Numbered from the stretch's first letter, positions 21,036 through 32,873 are shown. The stretch is DNA of 47,097 nucleotides from Nitrososphaeraceae archaeon (GCA_035250975.1 DATFEP010000035.1:1-47097); one strand, 5' to 3'. Translations and numbers: made by a program. Notes: generated by a model from the letters alone, not told the origin.

Positions 21036-21714
21036 ACCAAAATCTCATTGTTGTCTTATTTGAGAAAAGGAAATGGAAGTAACCAATATGTTAACACAAA
21101 TGTTGGGAATATACGAATTGACGATCGAATTAATAAAAAACATTCATTTAGAAAAATTATGATTTCAAATAAATAGCAAAGATAAAAATACTGGTCTTGA
21201 ATAATTGTAACCTAATTCATATAAGGATAGTGATTAGGTATTATCAGAATTTAAATTAGATTTAATCCATACTTGAGATTTTTTTCTTTTTATCAATTTT
21301 CAATCCTGTTTGTAGAATTTATTATTGAAAGAGATACGATAACAGCAATTTTATATCGAGTTTTTAAAAAAATAAAAAAATAAAATCTAATGCATTGAAA
21401 AGAAAAATGAAATAAAAAAAACGCTGTATAATTTTAAAGTTCATTATAATATTTACTTTATTGCACAAATACAAAAATATTTGTTCACAGATTTATTTTG
21501 TTAATATTTTTATTTAAATATTTTGAATAAAATAAGAAACAAAATTGATCGTTTCGTATTTAGCTTTATTGGAAATATGTATGATTACATCTTAAATTAG
21601 GGAAAACAGTTACTATAAACAGTGATATAAGATTCTTAAGATATTTTTTTTAGAATAATTTTAACATACCTATTTTAAATGGGAATGCAATTAATAAAAT
21701 GTCGATAAAAATAA

Positions 21715-22317
21715 TTGATATCTGTGAAGTTATACCTTTTCCTCATTTCATTAATAATATTGATAGGCATAGGTTATAACAATCTAGGAGCTCAAGAAGT
21801 AGTAGATAACGAATCCGAAAATACCAGTTTTCCTGGCATTGCTACACCAACAGCACATGTTATAATAGAAGGAACGGATCTAGATGACAAACTTAAAGGT
21901 GGTTCGGGAGATGATACAATTGATGGTGGTAAAGGAGATGATACGCTGAATGGAAATGATGGAGATGACGAAATAGACGGAGGTAAAGGAGATGATATTC
22001 TAGAAGGTGGATTGGGTGACGATGAAATTAATGGAGACGCTGGAGAAGACGAGATTTACGGTGCAGAAGGAGATGACGAAATAGACGGAGGTAAAGGAGA
22101 TGATATTCTAGAAGGTGGACCTGGAAAGGATCAGATGTCTGGCGGTGGAGGATCTGATAAATTTATATGTGATAAAAAAGACAAAATCAAAGATTTTAAT
22201 TCTTTGGAAAATGACCGCGTATCGGGTAATTGCAAATATGTAGATAAAGGAATAATAGTACCAAAAATACCCAAATTTCCGAAAAATTCGTTCCTTGGTA
22301 ACTCCTTATTTAGGTGA
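21715..22317 (+). CDS. Secreted/surface Ca2+-binding RTX (hemolysin-type) repeat protein
   Basis: Signal-like N-terminus; about 11 GGxGDDxL/I nonapeptides; cap D.FICD...I.DF...E.D. Confidence 0.9.
   Translation: MISVKLYLFLISLIILIGIGYNNLGAQEVVDNESENTSFPGIATPTAHVIIEGTDLDDKLKGGSGDDTIDGGKGDDTLNGNDGDDEIDGGKGDDILEGGLGDDEINGDAGEDEIYGAEGDDEIDGGKGDDILEGGPGKDQMSGGGGSDKFICDKKDKIKDFNSLENDRVSGNCKYVDKGIIVPKIPKFPKNSFLGNSLFR
21961..22119 (+). repeat. Exact 51-bp intragenic direct repeat (21961-22011 and 22069-22119)
   Basis: GGAGATGACGAAATAGACGGAGGTAAAGGAGATGATATTCTAGAAGGTGGA twice, 108 bp apart. Confidence 0.9.
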
Positions 22318-22614
22318 TAACCATTATTTGATTTTCAATGTATATAAATGATTTATTTATACATTATCTAGAATGGTCGACCTGAAGTTATTGATCAATT
22401 TTTTTAATTCTTTTTTATCATTTGATATTTGGATAAAATGCCTTCACTATCTCTCTTTTAAGTAGAATATGGCAATATGAAAAAGATATAAAATAACATT
22501 TATTAATTTAATGCCGTAACGGAAATAAGCAAGCTTGCTAGAATCAATATTAAAAGATAGATCAATTTTTTAGTAATTCAGTATAATAAGAATATAGTGT
22601 TTATATTAAATCAC

Positions 22615-23220
22615 ATGTATTTTATAAGAGTGTATTTTATAGCATCCGTTATTTTATTTATAGTAACAATTATCGTAGCTATCCCTTTAAGTGAGATAAA
22701 TAGTCAAGGTAATTCTACTACGATTATTGAAAATGAGGCTGTAAATTCAGTTGATACTTCTAATTCCAATTCTTACGGAACCATAAAGGTGGACGTCATA
22801 ATTGAGGGAACTGTTAATAATGACAAGATCAGAGGGGCCGAAGGTAATGATGAGATACTGGGTGGTGGAGGAGATGATCTACTAAGTGGTATGATGGGGA
22901 ATGATCGATTAAAAGGTGACCAAGGAGATGATACATTGATGGGAGATGAGGGGGATGATGAACTTGATGGTGGGCCAGGAGCTGATGAACTTGATGGTGG
23001 TGAAGGTGCTGATAAATATATTTGCGATAAGATGGATAAAATAATTGGTTTTAATTCTGATGAAGGAGATACCAAGATAGGAATATGCAAGCTTAAAGAC
23101 AAAGGAGCATTATCATCTTCATCTGATACTAAAAATGAAGATAAAGAGTCAGATAAGGGTAAGAGTAAGAGTAAGGACAAATCGAAAGATTCAAAGGGTA
23201 AAATATTCCCGACTAATTAG
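22615..23220 (+). CDS. Second RTX Ca2+-binding repeat protein, tandem paralog with Lys/Asp/Ser-rich tail
   Basis: Signal-like N-terminus, shared VIIEGT, GGxGxD repeats, D.YICD...I.GF cap. Confidence 0.9.
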   Translation: MYFIRVYFIASVILFIVTIIVAIPLSEINSQGNSTTIIENEAVNSVDTSNSNSYGTIKVDVIIEGTVNNDKIRGAEGNDEILGGGGDDLLSGMMGNDRLKGDQGDDTLMGDEGDDELDGGPGADELDGGEGADKYICDKMDKIIGFNSDEGDTKIGICKLKDKGALSSSSDTKNEDKESDKGKSKSKDKSKDSKGKIFPTN

Positions 23221-23711
23221 ATCTTGTGTAATAACACAATCTTTAAGATATCATGTTACAACTTCATATCATGTCGTTGTAGTGAAATGTTATTATTATT
23301 CATGATTCTGTAATTCAAGATATTATAAAATATTAGCAATGTCGCAATATCTTTTTGTTTGTTCCTAAATTTCATGCAATTTATGCCACATTGCTTTATA
23401 ATTTCTCAATATTCAAAATAAAATACAATGATTTTTCAATCCTACATGTATAATACTACAAATTTGTTAATAAATGATTATTGCAAGCAGTTTACCTCTA
23501 ACGGTACTAGTCAACTGGAATGGTTTTAAATTGAGTGCTTTTAGATAAATAATTGTGACCTGACATATTATAATGTCAAACCGCTAAAACTAACTATATT
23601 TTTAACTTTCTTAATTACATTGTGTCTTTATTTAAGAATTTTTTCAATTTTACTAGCCAAGTACTTAATGAAAAAGGAAAAATGAAAAATGAAAAAAAAG
23701 TTAATGACAAA

Positions 23712-24785
23712 TCATTTTTTGACCTCATATATGATATTAAATGGAGTCTGTGCCGATCTCCTGAATCTAGTAAACCCTGCCGATTTTATTATATCTCTTA
23801 TTTTAATTTCACCTGCTTGAGCCCCTAGTGCCGGACCATGATCCGCAACCGAATTCGGTACACATACGAGAGTTGAAGCAGCAAAGAAAGTCTTGCCAAT
23901 TAAATTTAGATTATCTTCTAATTTATCATTTGCCATTGGTTCAACTATCATGCAAGTTCCATCAGATTTTAGAGATTTCCAAGCCTGTTTCATAGCCCCT
24001 ACTGGGTCACCCATATCATGCAAACAATCAAAGAAAGTTATAAAATCAAAATCTTCTTCTAGGGATTCGTTCGCAGAATTAGTCATAAATTTTACCCGTC
24101 CTTCCAATCCCTCTAATAGGGCTTGCTGCTTAGCCTTTTCGATCGATGGTAAATGATTATCGAAACCAAAGAAGATGGAATTAGGAAATTCTTTTGCCAT
24201 AATGATAGTAGATATTCCGTATCCACAGCCAATATCTGCCACCTTAGCTCCTTTTTCTAATTTTTCTTTTACTCCATCAAGTGATGGAATCCAGGATTTT
24301 GTAAGATTTGAGATATAATTTGGTTTAAAAAAACTTGCAGTTCCTTCAAATAAGTCATTATGATGCTCACTCCATCTTAAGCCCTTGCCGGTTTTGAACA
24401 TATCAATGAATTTATCTTCATCTTTAAAGATAGAACGCATTACCTGATAGGCACCATGTAAATACACTGTGCTATTATCATCAGCCAAAGCCATTGCATG
24501 TTCAGGTGGAAGAAAATATTTGCCGTTTTTCGGGTCATAAATTACATATCCGCTTGCTGCCTGATTTGCTAACCATTCTCGGACATATCTCTCATACGTA
24601 TTTGTTCGTGATGCTAATTCTGAGGACGTTATGGGTCCAGATTTAGCCATAGCTTTGTATAAACCTAATTTCTCTCCAAGAATCACAAGCATCGCACTCA
24701 TACTACTAGATATGTCCGCAAACGCTTTTTGCATAAATTCTTCAAGTTTCTTTTCAGAAATAGAACTATAAGAATTGGAATCCAT
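23712..24785 (-). CDS. Class I SAM methyltransferase with N-terminal winged helix (Rv2258c-like)
   Basis: GEKLGLY, ERYVREWL..QAASGY, ADIGCGYG, FDCLHDMGDP, LGAQAGE, TPFN. Confidence 0.92.
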   Translation of the reverse strand: MDSNSYSSISEKKLEEFMQKAFADISSSMSAMLVILGEKLGLYKAMAKSGPITSSELASRTNTYERYVREWLANQAASGYVIYDPKNGKYFLPPEHAMALADDNSTVYLHGAYQVMRSIFKDEDKFIDMFKTGKGLRWSEHHNDLFEGTASFFKPNYISNLTKSWIPSLDGVKEKLEKGAKVADIGCGYGISTIIMAKEFPNSIFFGFDNHLPSIEKAKQQALLEGLEGRVKFMTNSANESLEEDFDFITFFDCLHDMGDPVGAMKQAWKSLKSDGTCMIVEPMANDKLEDNLNLIGKTFFAASTLVCVPNSVADHGPALGAQAGEIKIRDIIKSAGFTRFRRSAQTPFNIIYEVKK

Positions 24786-25219
24786 AAAAAAATATAACAA
24801 ATTACTTTTATAAAAATATTTTAATTATAGAATGTGAAAGTAATCTCCATTGAACATCAATGAGTGCCAATATTTGGTTTGTTGGACACCTATGGAAATC
24901 GAAAAAATGATATAAATTTTTGACGCTAACAATTGATAAAAAAGATTTCTTATCAAAGTATTGATTTATCTTTTTAATGAAAATTGACGATAATCATAGT
25001 TTCAAAACAAAGCAGCAATAAGTATTACATAATAATTATTATGCGAAGCATTAGATTCAAGTCATATAAATTTATTACCTATAATTTTAAACATAATTAT
25101 AAATGGTAAAATTTTAACTGACTTGAATTATCACATAGATTAAAAAGAAGGAAATAATATTTTTCTAGATTTTGAAGACATTTGATAATGTTTATAATAG
25201 AATAACGATCAAACAACAT

Positions 25220-26503
25220 ATGGATGTTTTTCCATCACGAGATGAACGCTTGAATCCATTCTCATTTTATGCTAAAATGCGAAGTCATCATCATATTGAA
25301 TACGATTCTAAAAATGAAATATGGGGAATTTTTCGTTATTCTGATTCGAAGGAAGTTCTTTCTAACTATAAGATTTTTTCGTCTGACATTCAAAGATTAA
25401 CTTTTCTACAAAACAAAAGAGAAAAGGATAAAAAGAGAAGCGAGGTTAAAAATAAAAACGATCAAGATAGATATAGCGAAATTGATCAAGTACAGACAGT
25501 AAGGCCTAGTATTCTAACACTAGATCCACCTCTTCAAAGACAGTTACGAAATGTCATATCTTCTGCTTTTACTCCGAACACAATATACAACTTAAAACCA
25601 AGAATAGAACAGACTACAAATAATCTGTTGGACCAAGTTATCGAAAGAGGTCAAATGGATGTCATAGAGGATTTAGCTTACCCTTTACCTGTAACCATTA
25701 TTGCAGAACTACTTGGTGTTCCTTATAGAGATCATGATTTATTTAGACAATGGGCAGATAGATTACTTGGTTCAAATACAAATACGACTAATTTTCTCGA
25801 TAGAAATTTGGAGCCACTTTTCAGAAAAGTTCAGAATGAAATGGATTCTTATTTCAATATCATCATAGAAAAAAGAAAGTTAAATCCTCAAAATGATCTT
25901 ATTTCAAATTTGATAAAAGCTACAGTAGATAATAGAAGATTATCCAAAGATGAAATCCTTGCATTCTGTTCGCTCCTGTTGCTAGCTGGCCACGTAACCA
26001 CTGTAAACCTTATAGGCAATACAATTAGATCATTACTTGAATATCCTAAACAATTTAAGAAATTGAAAGATGAACAAAACTTCTTGATACCGCTAACAAT
26101 AGAAGAAACGTTACGCTATAGGTCACCCGTTCAGGCGCTTTTTCGTTTTTTAATCAAAGATTCAGTTTTTCATGGACATAAAATGAATGAAGGAGAAAGG
26201 GTGGTAATATGGATAGGCTCTGCTAATCATGATGAAAGAGTCTTTCAAAATTCTGAAGAATTTGATATAAATAGAACCCCTAACGATCACATAGCTTTCG
26301 GATATGGAATCCACTTTTGTTTAGGTTCAACCTTAGCGAAGCTAGAAGCCCAGATAGTCTTGAGCAAAGTAATAGATAGATTGGAGGATTTAAGATTTGA
26401 TGATGATTATAGTGAGGACTCTTTGAAACCTCTCTATGATGTATTTTTACATGGAGTCAGTAATCTTCCAGTAAAGTTTCGATCACTGCGAATCACCGAT
26501 TAA
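25220..26503 (+). CDS. Cytochrome P450 (bacterial-type)
   Basis: DPP, I-helix LLAGHVTT, ExxR (EETLRY), SANHDE, heme motif FGYGIHFCLG; ATG at 25220 (TTG 25172 possible). Confidence 0.95.
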   Translation: MDVFPSRDERLNPFSFYAKMRSHHHIEYDSKNEIWGIFRYSDSKEVLSNYKIFSSDIQRLTFLQNKREKDKKRSEVKNKNDQDRYSEIDQVQTVRPSILTLDPPLQRQLRNVISSAFTPNTIYNLKPRIEQTTNNLLDQVIERGQMDVIEDLAYPLPVTIIAELLGVPYRDHDLFRQWADRLLGSNTNTTNFLDRNLEPLFRKVQNEMDSYFNIIIEKRKLNPQNDLISNLIKATVDNRRLSKDEILAFCSLLLLAGHVTTVNLIGNTIRSLLEYPKQFKKLKDEQNFLIPLTIEETLRYRSPVQALFRFLIKDSVFHGHKMNEGERVVIWIGSANHDERVFQNSEEFDINRTPNDHIAFGYGIHFCLGSTLAKLEAQIVLSKVIDRLEDLRFDDDYSEDSLKPLYDVFLHGVSNLPVKFRSLRITD

Positions 26504-27227
26504 AAAAAGCCTGTTTCATATATCTATTTTATTGAATTTTAGGAAAATATGATCTTTCATAAAACTATTTGATACTGGTATAATGAGGTATTACAAGATA
26601 TGTGGAAATAAAATTATAAAAAATCTTTGCATACTATTGAAAATTATCCCAAGAACTGTTACCTGATACCTACTACGCAGAACACTAAAGAGATTATCAT
26701 ATTTACTAATCAGTAACGTGTAATCGAATTATCTGTTGAAAATTATTTATTGACCTGTTAAGTAACCTCGAAATTTATTGGAGAATAAAATTTAACTTTA
26801 GCATCGAACTGCCGAAAAAAGAGGGTCTGCAACAAATCGGGATATTTATCGGTTGCACAATATGCAAAATGAAATGAAAGTTCTTTCGCCATATATTTCT
26901 GTAGGATAGACTCAATCCACATTGATTTATAATCTCTTTTCAAGAAAATTTAAAATTGGGATTATTTCCTATCTTGCTACCACGATATGAGGGAATTAGT
27001 GCCTTAACAATAAACCACATTTTTTGATCCTACTTTAAAACTAACATTATTATTGAGATATTGCAAATAATATATTCAAGTTGAATATCGATTAACTAGA
27101 TTTTTTGTAAACAGTGCACATTAATTTTATATAGTGTATAAAACTGATAACATAATCAAAAAAAAGCTCAACGTACTCTTTGCTTTCTATTTTAAAGCAT
27201 TTTATGATTATAAAAAAATGAGATTGG

Positions 27228-28034
27228 TTATCTATCTAAAAAATAGATAATACTCACACTCACGGAAACTTCGTGTTCACCTTCTAGAATTGGAGTTGAT
27301 GAATCTGCCTCAGAACCTATAGATTTCGCAGTAAATGAAGGCCCAGGAAATGGCATTATCGGAGGAGGTGATCCAATCCCTCCAACTGCTATTGATTTGA
27401 TTCCAACTATATTCATTCCTGCTGCAGAAGCAACTATATCTGCTTTCATTTTGGCTTTAGTTACAGATTCTTTAAATAAACTATCCTTGATCTCTTCAAG
27501 TTTCGAATCCGATAAGCTAAAATAAACATTATTGATATTGTTTGCACCAGCTTTTACTGCGGTATCTATCCATCTTGAAACTTGGTCGATATTTGAGCTA
27601 TCCACTTGAATCGAATTGGATACAGTAAAGCCAATAAGATCGCCACGGGTACCGTATTCAGAATAATTATAGTTGGGATTTATGGTAAATGAAGATGTAC
27701 TTGTTTCATTCTCCTGTACACCTGCTTCTTTTAAGTTAGTAAGAACTTTCTTCATAAGATTAGAATTGGAGGTTAAAGCTTCTTCCGCCGTGCTATTTGT
27801 AGTCTCGACTCCAAGAGAAACAATTACCTTATCTGATTTTGCATGACTAGTCGCAGACCCGGTAACAAACAAAGTACTATTCGGTAAATCTGAGGAAGGC
27901 GACTCTGCATACGTAAGAATGTTGTCTTGGATTACAGATACAAATAATGCAAATGCCAAAACAGAAATGGCGGTAAATAGTGTTGCTGATATTACTCTCT
28001 TTTGTGAATTATCACTCCTCTTTTTTTTATTCAT
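27228..28034 (-). CDS. SIMPL/DUF541 domain protein, membrane-anchored or secreted
   Basis: VTGSA....SD....LGVET, I.PNY, GF.VSNS, AV.AGAN.I..V.F, TPI..GE..VSVSV. Confidence 0.92.
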   Translation of the reverse strand: MNKKKRSDNSQKRVISATLFTAISVLAFALFVSVIQDNILTYAESPSSDLPNSTLFVTGSATSHAKSDKVIVSLGVETTNSTAEEALTSNSNLMKKVLTNLKEAGVQENETSTSSFTINPNYNYSEYGTRGDLIGFTVSNSIQVDSSNIDQVSRWIDTAVKAGANNINNVYFSLSDSKLEEIKDSLFKESVTKAKMKADIVASAAGMNIVGIKSIAVGGIGSPPPIMPFPGPSFTAKSIGSEADSSTPILEGEHEVSVSVSIIYFLDR

Positions 28035-28605
28035 TAATACATATTTAGATTGAGCTTATATGAAAGATTTGCCCAAAGAATTTAATCTAATAAAAAATCA
28101 TGTTGTAAATATATGCCAGAACCTATTTTACCCACTCATAAAATTAAATTTAGTTAATATTATAACATGAAAGTATCAATAATTAGAAGATATCGAAAGA
28201 ATTGGATTCCACTTTTTTCATTGCTATGCTAATGGATAAATACACTGACTGGTTTTTAATATATCAAAATATACAGTTTGATAATAAAAGATAACCCATA
28301 TCGTTTAATAAATATTCAAATTGATAAGTCAAGTAGAATTATTAAAATAAGTTAGCAGATGTTTTTTAAATACCTATCCAATTCGAAACTACGAAATGTT
28401 GTAGGTATTTGCTGAAAATTAAATACATTAATCCAAATAACTTATTATAATTCTATTCTTTTCATATGATAGTCAACCCAAGTCTTGGAGATAAATAATA
28501 AACATGAAATCTAATTCACAAATTTTTAGGAATTTTCAATTTTAAGGGAAATGTTTTACCTTAACATGTCTCTGATTGTTATTTCTACCAACTATTTTCT
28601 TCTAC

Positions 28606-28878
28606 CTACTTAAAATAACAGCTATCGCATTTATCAGAAGAATGTATTGTTCCAATTTTACCACAGATCCTGCAATGTTTTTCAGTGTTTATGGTAGTGT
28701 CATGAGATTTAACACGTTGTAAACAGTGTCCGCATATAGGAGCGTCCATCGAATAGCTTGATAAGAACCCCTCATTGCACTGATTGCATTTCAAACTATA
28801 TATTTTTCCTTTTGGCTTCCACATCTTTCTCCTAATCCAATTTATTACCATCTTCATAAGAGGAGAAATAGTCAGCAT
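28606..28878 (-). CDS. Small double zinc-finger protein
   Basis: Four CxxC pairs (CNQC, CGHC, CRIC, CDSC); the true start may be a later Met. Confidence 0.75.
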   Translation of the reverse strand: MLTISPLMKMVINWIRRKMWKPKGKIYSLKCNQCNEGFLSSYSMDAPICGHCLQRVKSHDTTINTEKHCRICGKIGTIHSSDKCDSCYFK

Positions 28879-29219
28879 TTTATATAATTAACTTTTATTG
28901 ATTACTAGTTATGAAATATACTTGATGATACTTTGAGTTATTTTTAAAAGAAATGTGAAAGTAATTTAACAATTGCGGGCAATTAAGATAATTGCCAAGA
29001 CTTTTTATTATCCTCTTTGATAGACTCTCGCGGATCTTCCAGTTATAGAACTCCTACATCGTTCTTATATCTACTCGTGTAGATATGATTCAGCGAAGAT
29101 TTGGCAAAGGTATAACTGTTTGCTACTTTCATTATTCCTCTATAAACCTTTTTTGTTACTAACATGAAATTAAAATATTTTAATATGAAATGTGACATGT
29201 TGTTTTGTATTTGGTTCTT

Positions 29220-30824
29220 TCAGTTACTTGAAAGCTGGCCTGTAAATTTGTCCAATTGTAACTTTCCGGAATCATGTCCAGTTGAAAAATTAAACATGTC
29301 ATTTATTGAACCTGCAATAGAATCAAACGATAAATCACCGATTTCTCCTAATTGCCAATTATCTTCAATGAATTTTATGATAGAAGATTGGTCAATAACA
29401 TGATGACTAACATAATTTTCCTTTGAGAATGGCGATATTACAAGCATTGGTAATCTCAATCCGTATCCACACCGTCCATCATAACTTTTTTCATCAGGGG
29501 AAGTATCACAGAGAAGATCGGCTCCAGAAAGAAGATCATATCCGGGGAGATCGGAATTCATAATGATTGGAGGCATCTCATGATCGTACCATCCACCTGA
29601 ATCATCATATGCAATTATTATTGCCATTTCGTTCCACTCAGGAGACTCTTGCAATCTATTAATTGTACTTGTAATAAATACTTGTTCATCAAATGGATCA
29701 GAGTATCCAGAATGCCCATTCTGATATGCCGGCGGTTTTAAGAAACTAATATATGGAATATTTTGCGTATCTAAAGCATTCCAAAAATCGGATATGTCGT
29801 ATTGATGATTAGCTTGATCTGTATGACCTATCATATGTACGGCACTTGGCGGGAGATGATGAGGATTAGATGTCGATCTGTAATATTGGAATGGTTCGTG
29901 ATGTACAACATAATCTGTAATATTCTTCCCAACTATATTTTGGTGTGAAGAATTACATTCTGCTTTTCTATTCTTAGTAGAATTATTATCTTCTGAAACC
30001 CAATTAGTTGGCTTAAACCCGCCTTGGAACCATCCCCAAGTAATATTTTTTTTATTTAATAGATCTCCTATATTCTTGCCATCTAAGGAAATAGTTTGAC
30101 CTTCTGAACAATCATCATAGAAAGAATCTAAATCATCTATCACTGAACCATTAATTACAAGGTCCTCAATATTTGAAGGGGAAGCACCATGTGTTTGCCC
30201 TGAAATAAGATTGAGGTGTCCTGGAAGAGATGGACCTAGGATAGAACTATGGAATGAGTCACTCATAGCGTAATGTTGTGCATAATTCCATAATGCTGTA
30301 ACGGTATTACCATCAAAGTAACCCATGACTTGCGCAGAATCACAATTACCATAATCTTGTCCGGAATATTGGACAAATTTGTTCATAAGGCCACTATTAA
30401 GTGACCTTTGTATTGCTGTATAAGTATGGTTATTTCCACATTCGGCAATCTTGGTTGCAAAAGAGGGCTCAAGACGATATGGTTTAACCAAATTGGTGTT
30501 ATTCATAATAAGTCCTTCTGTTAAACCATTTACAGAAGGAGTATCTTTTAATGGAATGAACGTTGACTCTCCTTCTTGGTTTTCAGAGTTTGGATATGTA
30601 GCAAAATAATGATCAAATGAATTATTTTCCTGAAATATCACTACAATATATTTTATAGGTGTTGTAGTAACAGGGATAGAATCTAATAATGTTGAAGAAT
30701 TAGTTACGTTTTCAGATTTTTGTGATGTATCAATTGTTTGGGCAAAACTGATTGAAAAATTTATGATAGAAATAATTGATAAGATAAGGACAAATATAAC
30801 ATATAAAGTAAAATATTTTTTCAT
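29220..30824 (-). CDS. Secreted phosphoesterase, phospholipase C / acid phosphatase AcpA family
   Basis: Signal peptide; VIFQENNSFDHYF, AQHYAMSD, GPSLPGH, YDDSGGWYDH, GYGLRLP. Confidence 0.92.
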   Translation of the reverse strand: MKKYFTLYVIFVLILSIISIINFSISFAQTIDTSQKSENVTNSSTLLDSIPVTTTPIKYIVVIFQENNSFDHYFATYPNSENQEGESTFIPLKDTPSVNGLTEGLIMNNTNLVKPYRLEPSFATKIAECGNNHTYTAIQRSLNSGLMNKFVQYSGQDYGNCDSAQVMGYFDGNTVTALWNYAQHYAMSDSFHSSILGPSLPGHLNLISGQTHGASPSNIEDLVINGSVIDDLDSFYDDCSEGQTISLDGKNIGDLLNKKNITWGWFQGGFKPTNWVSEDNNSTKNRKAECNSSHQNIVGKNITDYVVHHEPFQYYRSTSNPHHLPPSAVHMIGHTDQANHQYDISDFWNALDTQNIPYISFLKPPAYQNGHSGYSDPFDEQVFITSTINRLQESPEWNEMAIIIAYDDSGGWYDHEMPPIIMNSDLPGYDLLSGADLLCDTSPDEKSYDGRCGYGLRLPMLVISPFSKENYVSHHVIDQSSIIKFIEDNWQLGEIGDLSFDSIAGSINDMFNFSTGHDSGKLQLDKFTGQLSSN

Positions 30825-31053
30825 TTCAAACTTCTAACAATAGAGATATTAATAAAGTTTTATTTTTATGAAGTGTCTATTAAATTTATTGTGTAATATG
30901 TGGAACCGTCAATATTGAATGTTGATATCTAGGGCACGAGAGATAAATTAAATATTATATGTCTTTAATAAAGATGTTATCGATATTGAATTAGAATTAG
31001 ATTTACTCTTATGAAGTAGATTTTCTTCGTCAGATAAATATTGAATTGACCCT

Positions 31054-32244
31054 CTATTTTGAAAGATGCTGTTTCATGACATCTGTCATAGTTTGAGTTA
31101 CGATTGGTAGTATCCTTTGATCATTAATTTGTGGAATTATATAATTTTCTTTAAGATGTTGTTTATCAACTAATCCTGCAATTGATTGTGCCACAGTAAC
31201 AAGTAGATCTTCACTTAAAAACTTTACACGGAGATCTAGTAAAGCTCTAAGAACAGAAGGAAAGACAGTTGCATTATTAATTTGATTAGGAAAATCTGAT
31301 CTTCCAGTAGCAACGATTTTAGCCCCTGCTTTTATTGCATCATCTGGAAATATTTCTGGATCTGGATTACTCAAGGCAAATATGATCGGATTTGCGTTCA
31401 TAGATTTTATCATTTGGCTAGTTAAAACTTTAGCTTTTCCTGAAACTCCGATAAAAACGTCCGCTCCTTTTAACACATCATCTAAATTTCCACTAATTTT
31501 TCGACGATTAGTTTTGGTTGCTATTTCTTGTTTATATGGATTGCCCGTTATGTGATCACGTCCCTCATAAATAGATCCATGACTATCTACTACCACGATA
31601 TCTGTACATCCTGCTGCATGAAGGATCTTACATATACCATAACCAGCAGAGCCAGCACCTAATATTACCACATGGATATCTGTCAATTTTTTCTCCAATA
31701 AAGTGAGAGCATTAAGTAACGCAGATAAGGTAATAATTGCTGTCCCATGTTGATCATCGTGAAAAACAGGTAAAGAAATTTCATGTTTTAATCGTTCTAT
31801 AATATCCAAAACTTTGGGTGATTCGATATCTTCAATGTTAATCGCTCCAAACATTGGTTCAACAGATTTTACAAACTTTATTATCTCTTCCTTATCTTGT
31901 GTAGCGATACATAATGGGATTGCATTTATTCCTCCTAATAACTTAAAAAGAACAGATTTTCCTTCCATAACTGGAATTGCAGCCTCAGGTCCTATATTGC
32001 CTAAACCCAACACACGTGTACCGTCACATATTATTGCAACATTATTCCATTTCGAAGTATATTCATACGCTAATTCCTTATCTTTGCTTATTTCTTTCGC
32101 AACATATGCAACACCAGGAGTGTATATCAAATTGATAAGGCCATTTTCTTTTTCAAAGATATTTTCCACAGGCACACGATTATGAATCTCTATTTTACCT
32201 TTAAGCATTCTATGTAGGTTTAACGAGTCTTCTCTAATATTCAA
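31054..32244 (-). CDS. maeB: NAD(P)-dependent malic enzyme (small prokaryotic type, no PTA domain)
   Basis: YTPGVA, DGTRVLGLGNIG, VMEGK, NIEDI, FHDDQHGTA, GAGSAG, ATGRSDFPNQINN. Confidence 0.93.
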   Translation of the reverse strand: MNIREDSLNLHRMLKGKIEIHNRVPVENIFEKENGLINLIYTPGVAYVAKEISKDKELAYEYTSKWNNVAIICDGTRVLGLGNIGPEAAIPVMEGKSVLFKLLGGINAIPLCIATQDKEEIIKFVKSVEPMFGAINIEDIESPKVLDIIERLKHEISLPVFHDDQHGTAIITLSALLNALTLLEKKLTDIHVVILGAGSAGYGICKILHAAGCTDIVVVDSHGSIYEGRDHITGNPYKQEIATKTNRRKISGNLDDVLKGADVFIGVSGKAKVLTSQMIKSMNANPIIFALSNPDPEIFPDDAIKAGAKIVATGRSDFPNQINNATVFPSVLRALLDLRVKFLSEDLLVTVAQSIAGLVDKQHLKENYIIPQINDQRILPIVTQTMTDVMKQHLSK

Positions 32245-32873
32245 ACAAGAACAGGTTATCAGTATTACTATTATTATTTTGCTAAAAAATGAATGATTTT
32301 GTGATAGTAGTCTAGTCGAATGATAAGAATATTTGCAAGATTTATTGAAAATTCCTTGTTAACATTCAAAATCTTTATAAAACTTTTACTTTATCTTTCG
32401 ATGCCTCTAAAGATTGATCTTGAAACGATCCTAACTTTACTGAAATGAATTTATGATGTAGATTAATCGAATCCTTATATTATGCAGGAATTCCGGTTTA
32501 ACTTATTACAAGAATCAAAATTACTCAAAACATGAATTTCTTTTTAATAAGATCTAGATAGTCGATTTGACAAAAATAAGATATTACACTGTTTTGTTAT
32601 GCATTACTTAGATTTTTAGTTTATAGTTTAGTATACGTAACACTTTGAAGCTATGAAACTCCTTCAGAGATAAAGAAGTCGAGTTTTTAGGTACCATTTG
32701 AAGAAACTTTGAGGTTATCGAAGTCATAACAAACATTGAATATACACGTTATAATCACGTAGATATGAAACAATTATAGAGTTTTTTATAACATAATAAA
32801 ATTATATCAGAATCTCTTTTATAGATATAAATAAGAATAGATCTGGAAAGTAATAACAAAAGAGTGATCTATA

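Noticed and set aside
26758-26943. 61-aa ORF downstream of the P450
   Set aside because: No Cys motif of a ferredoxin partner and no recognisable similarity
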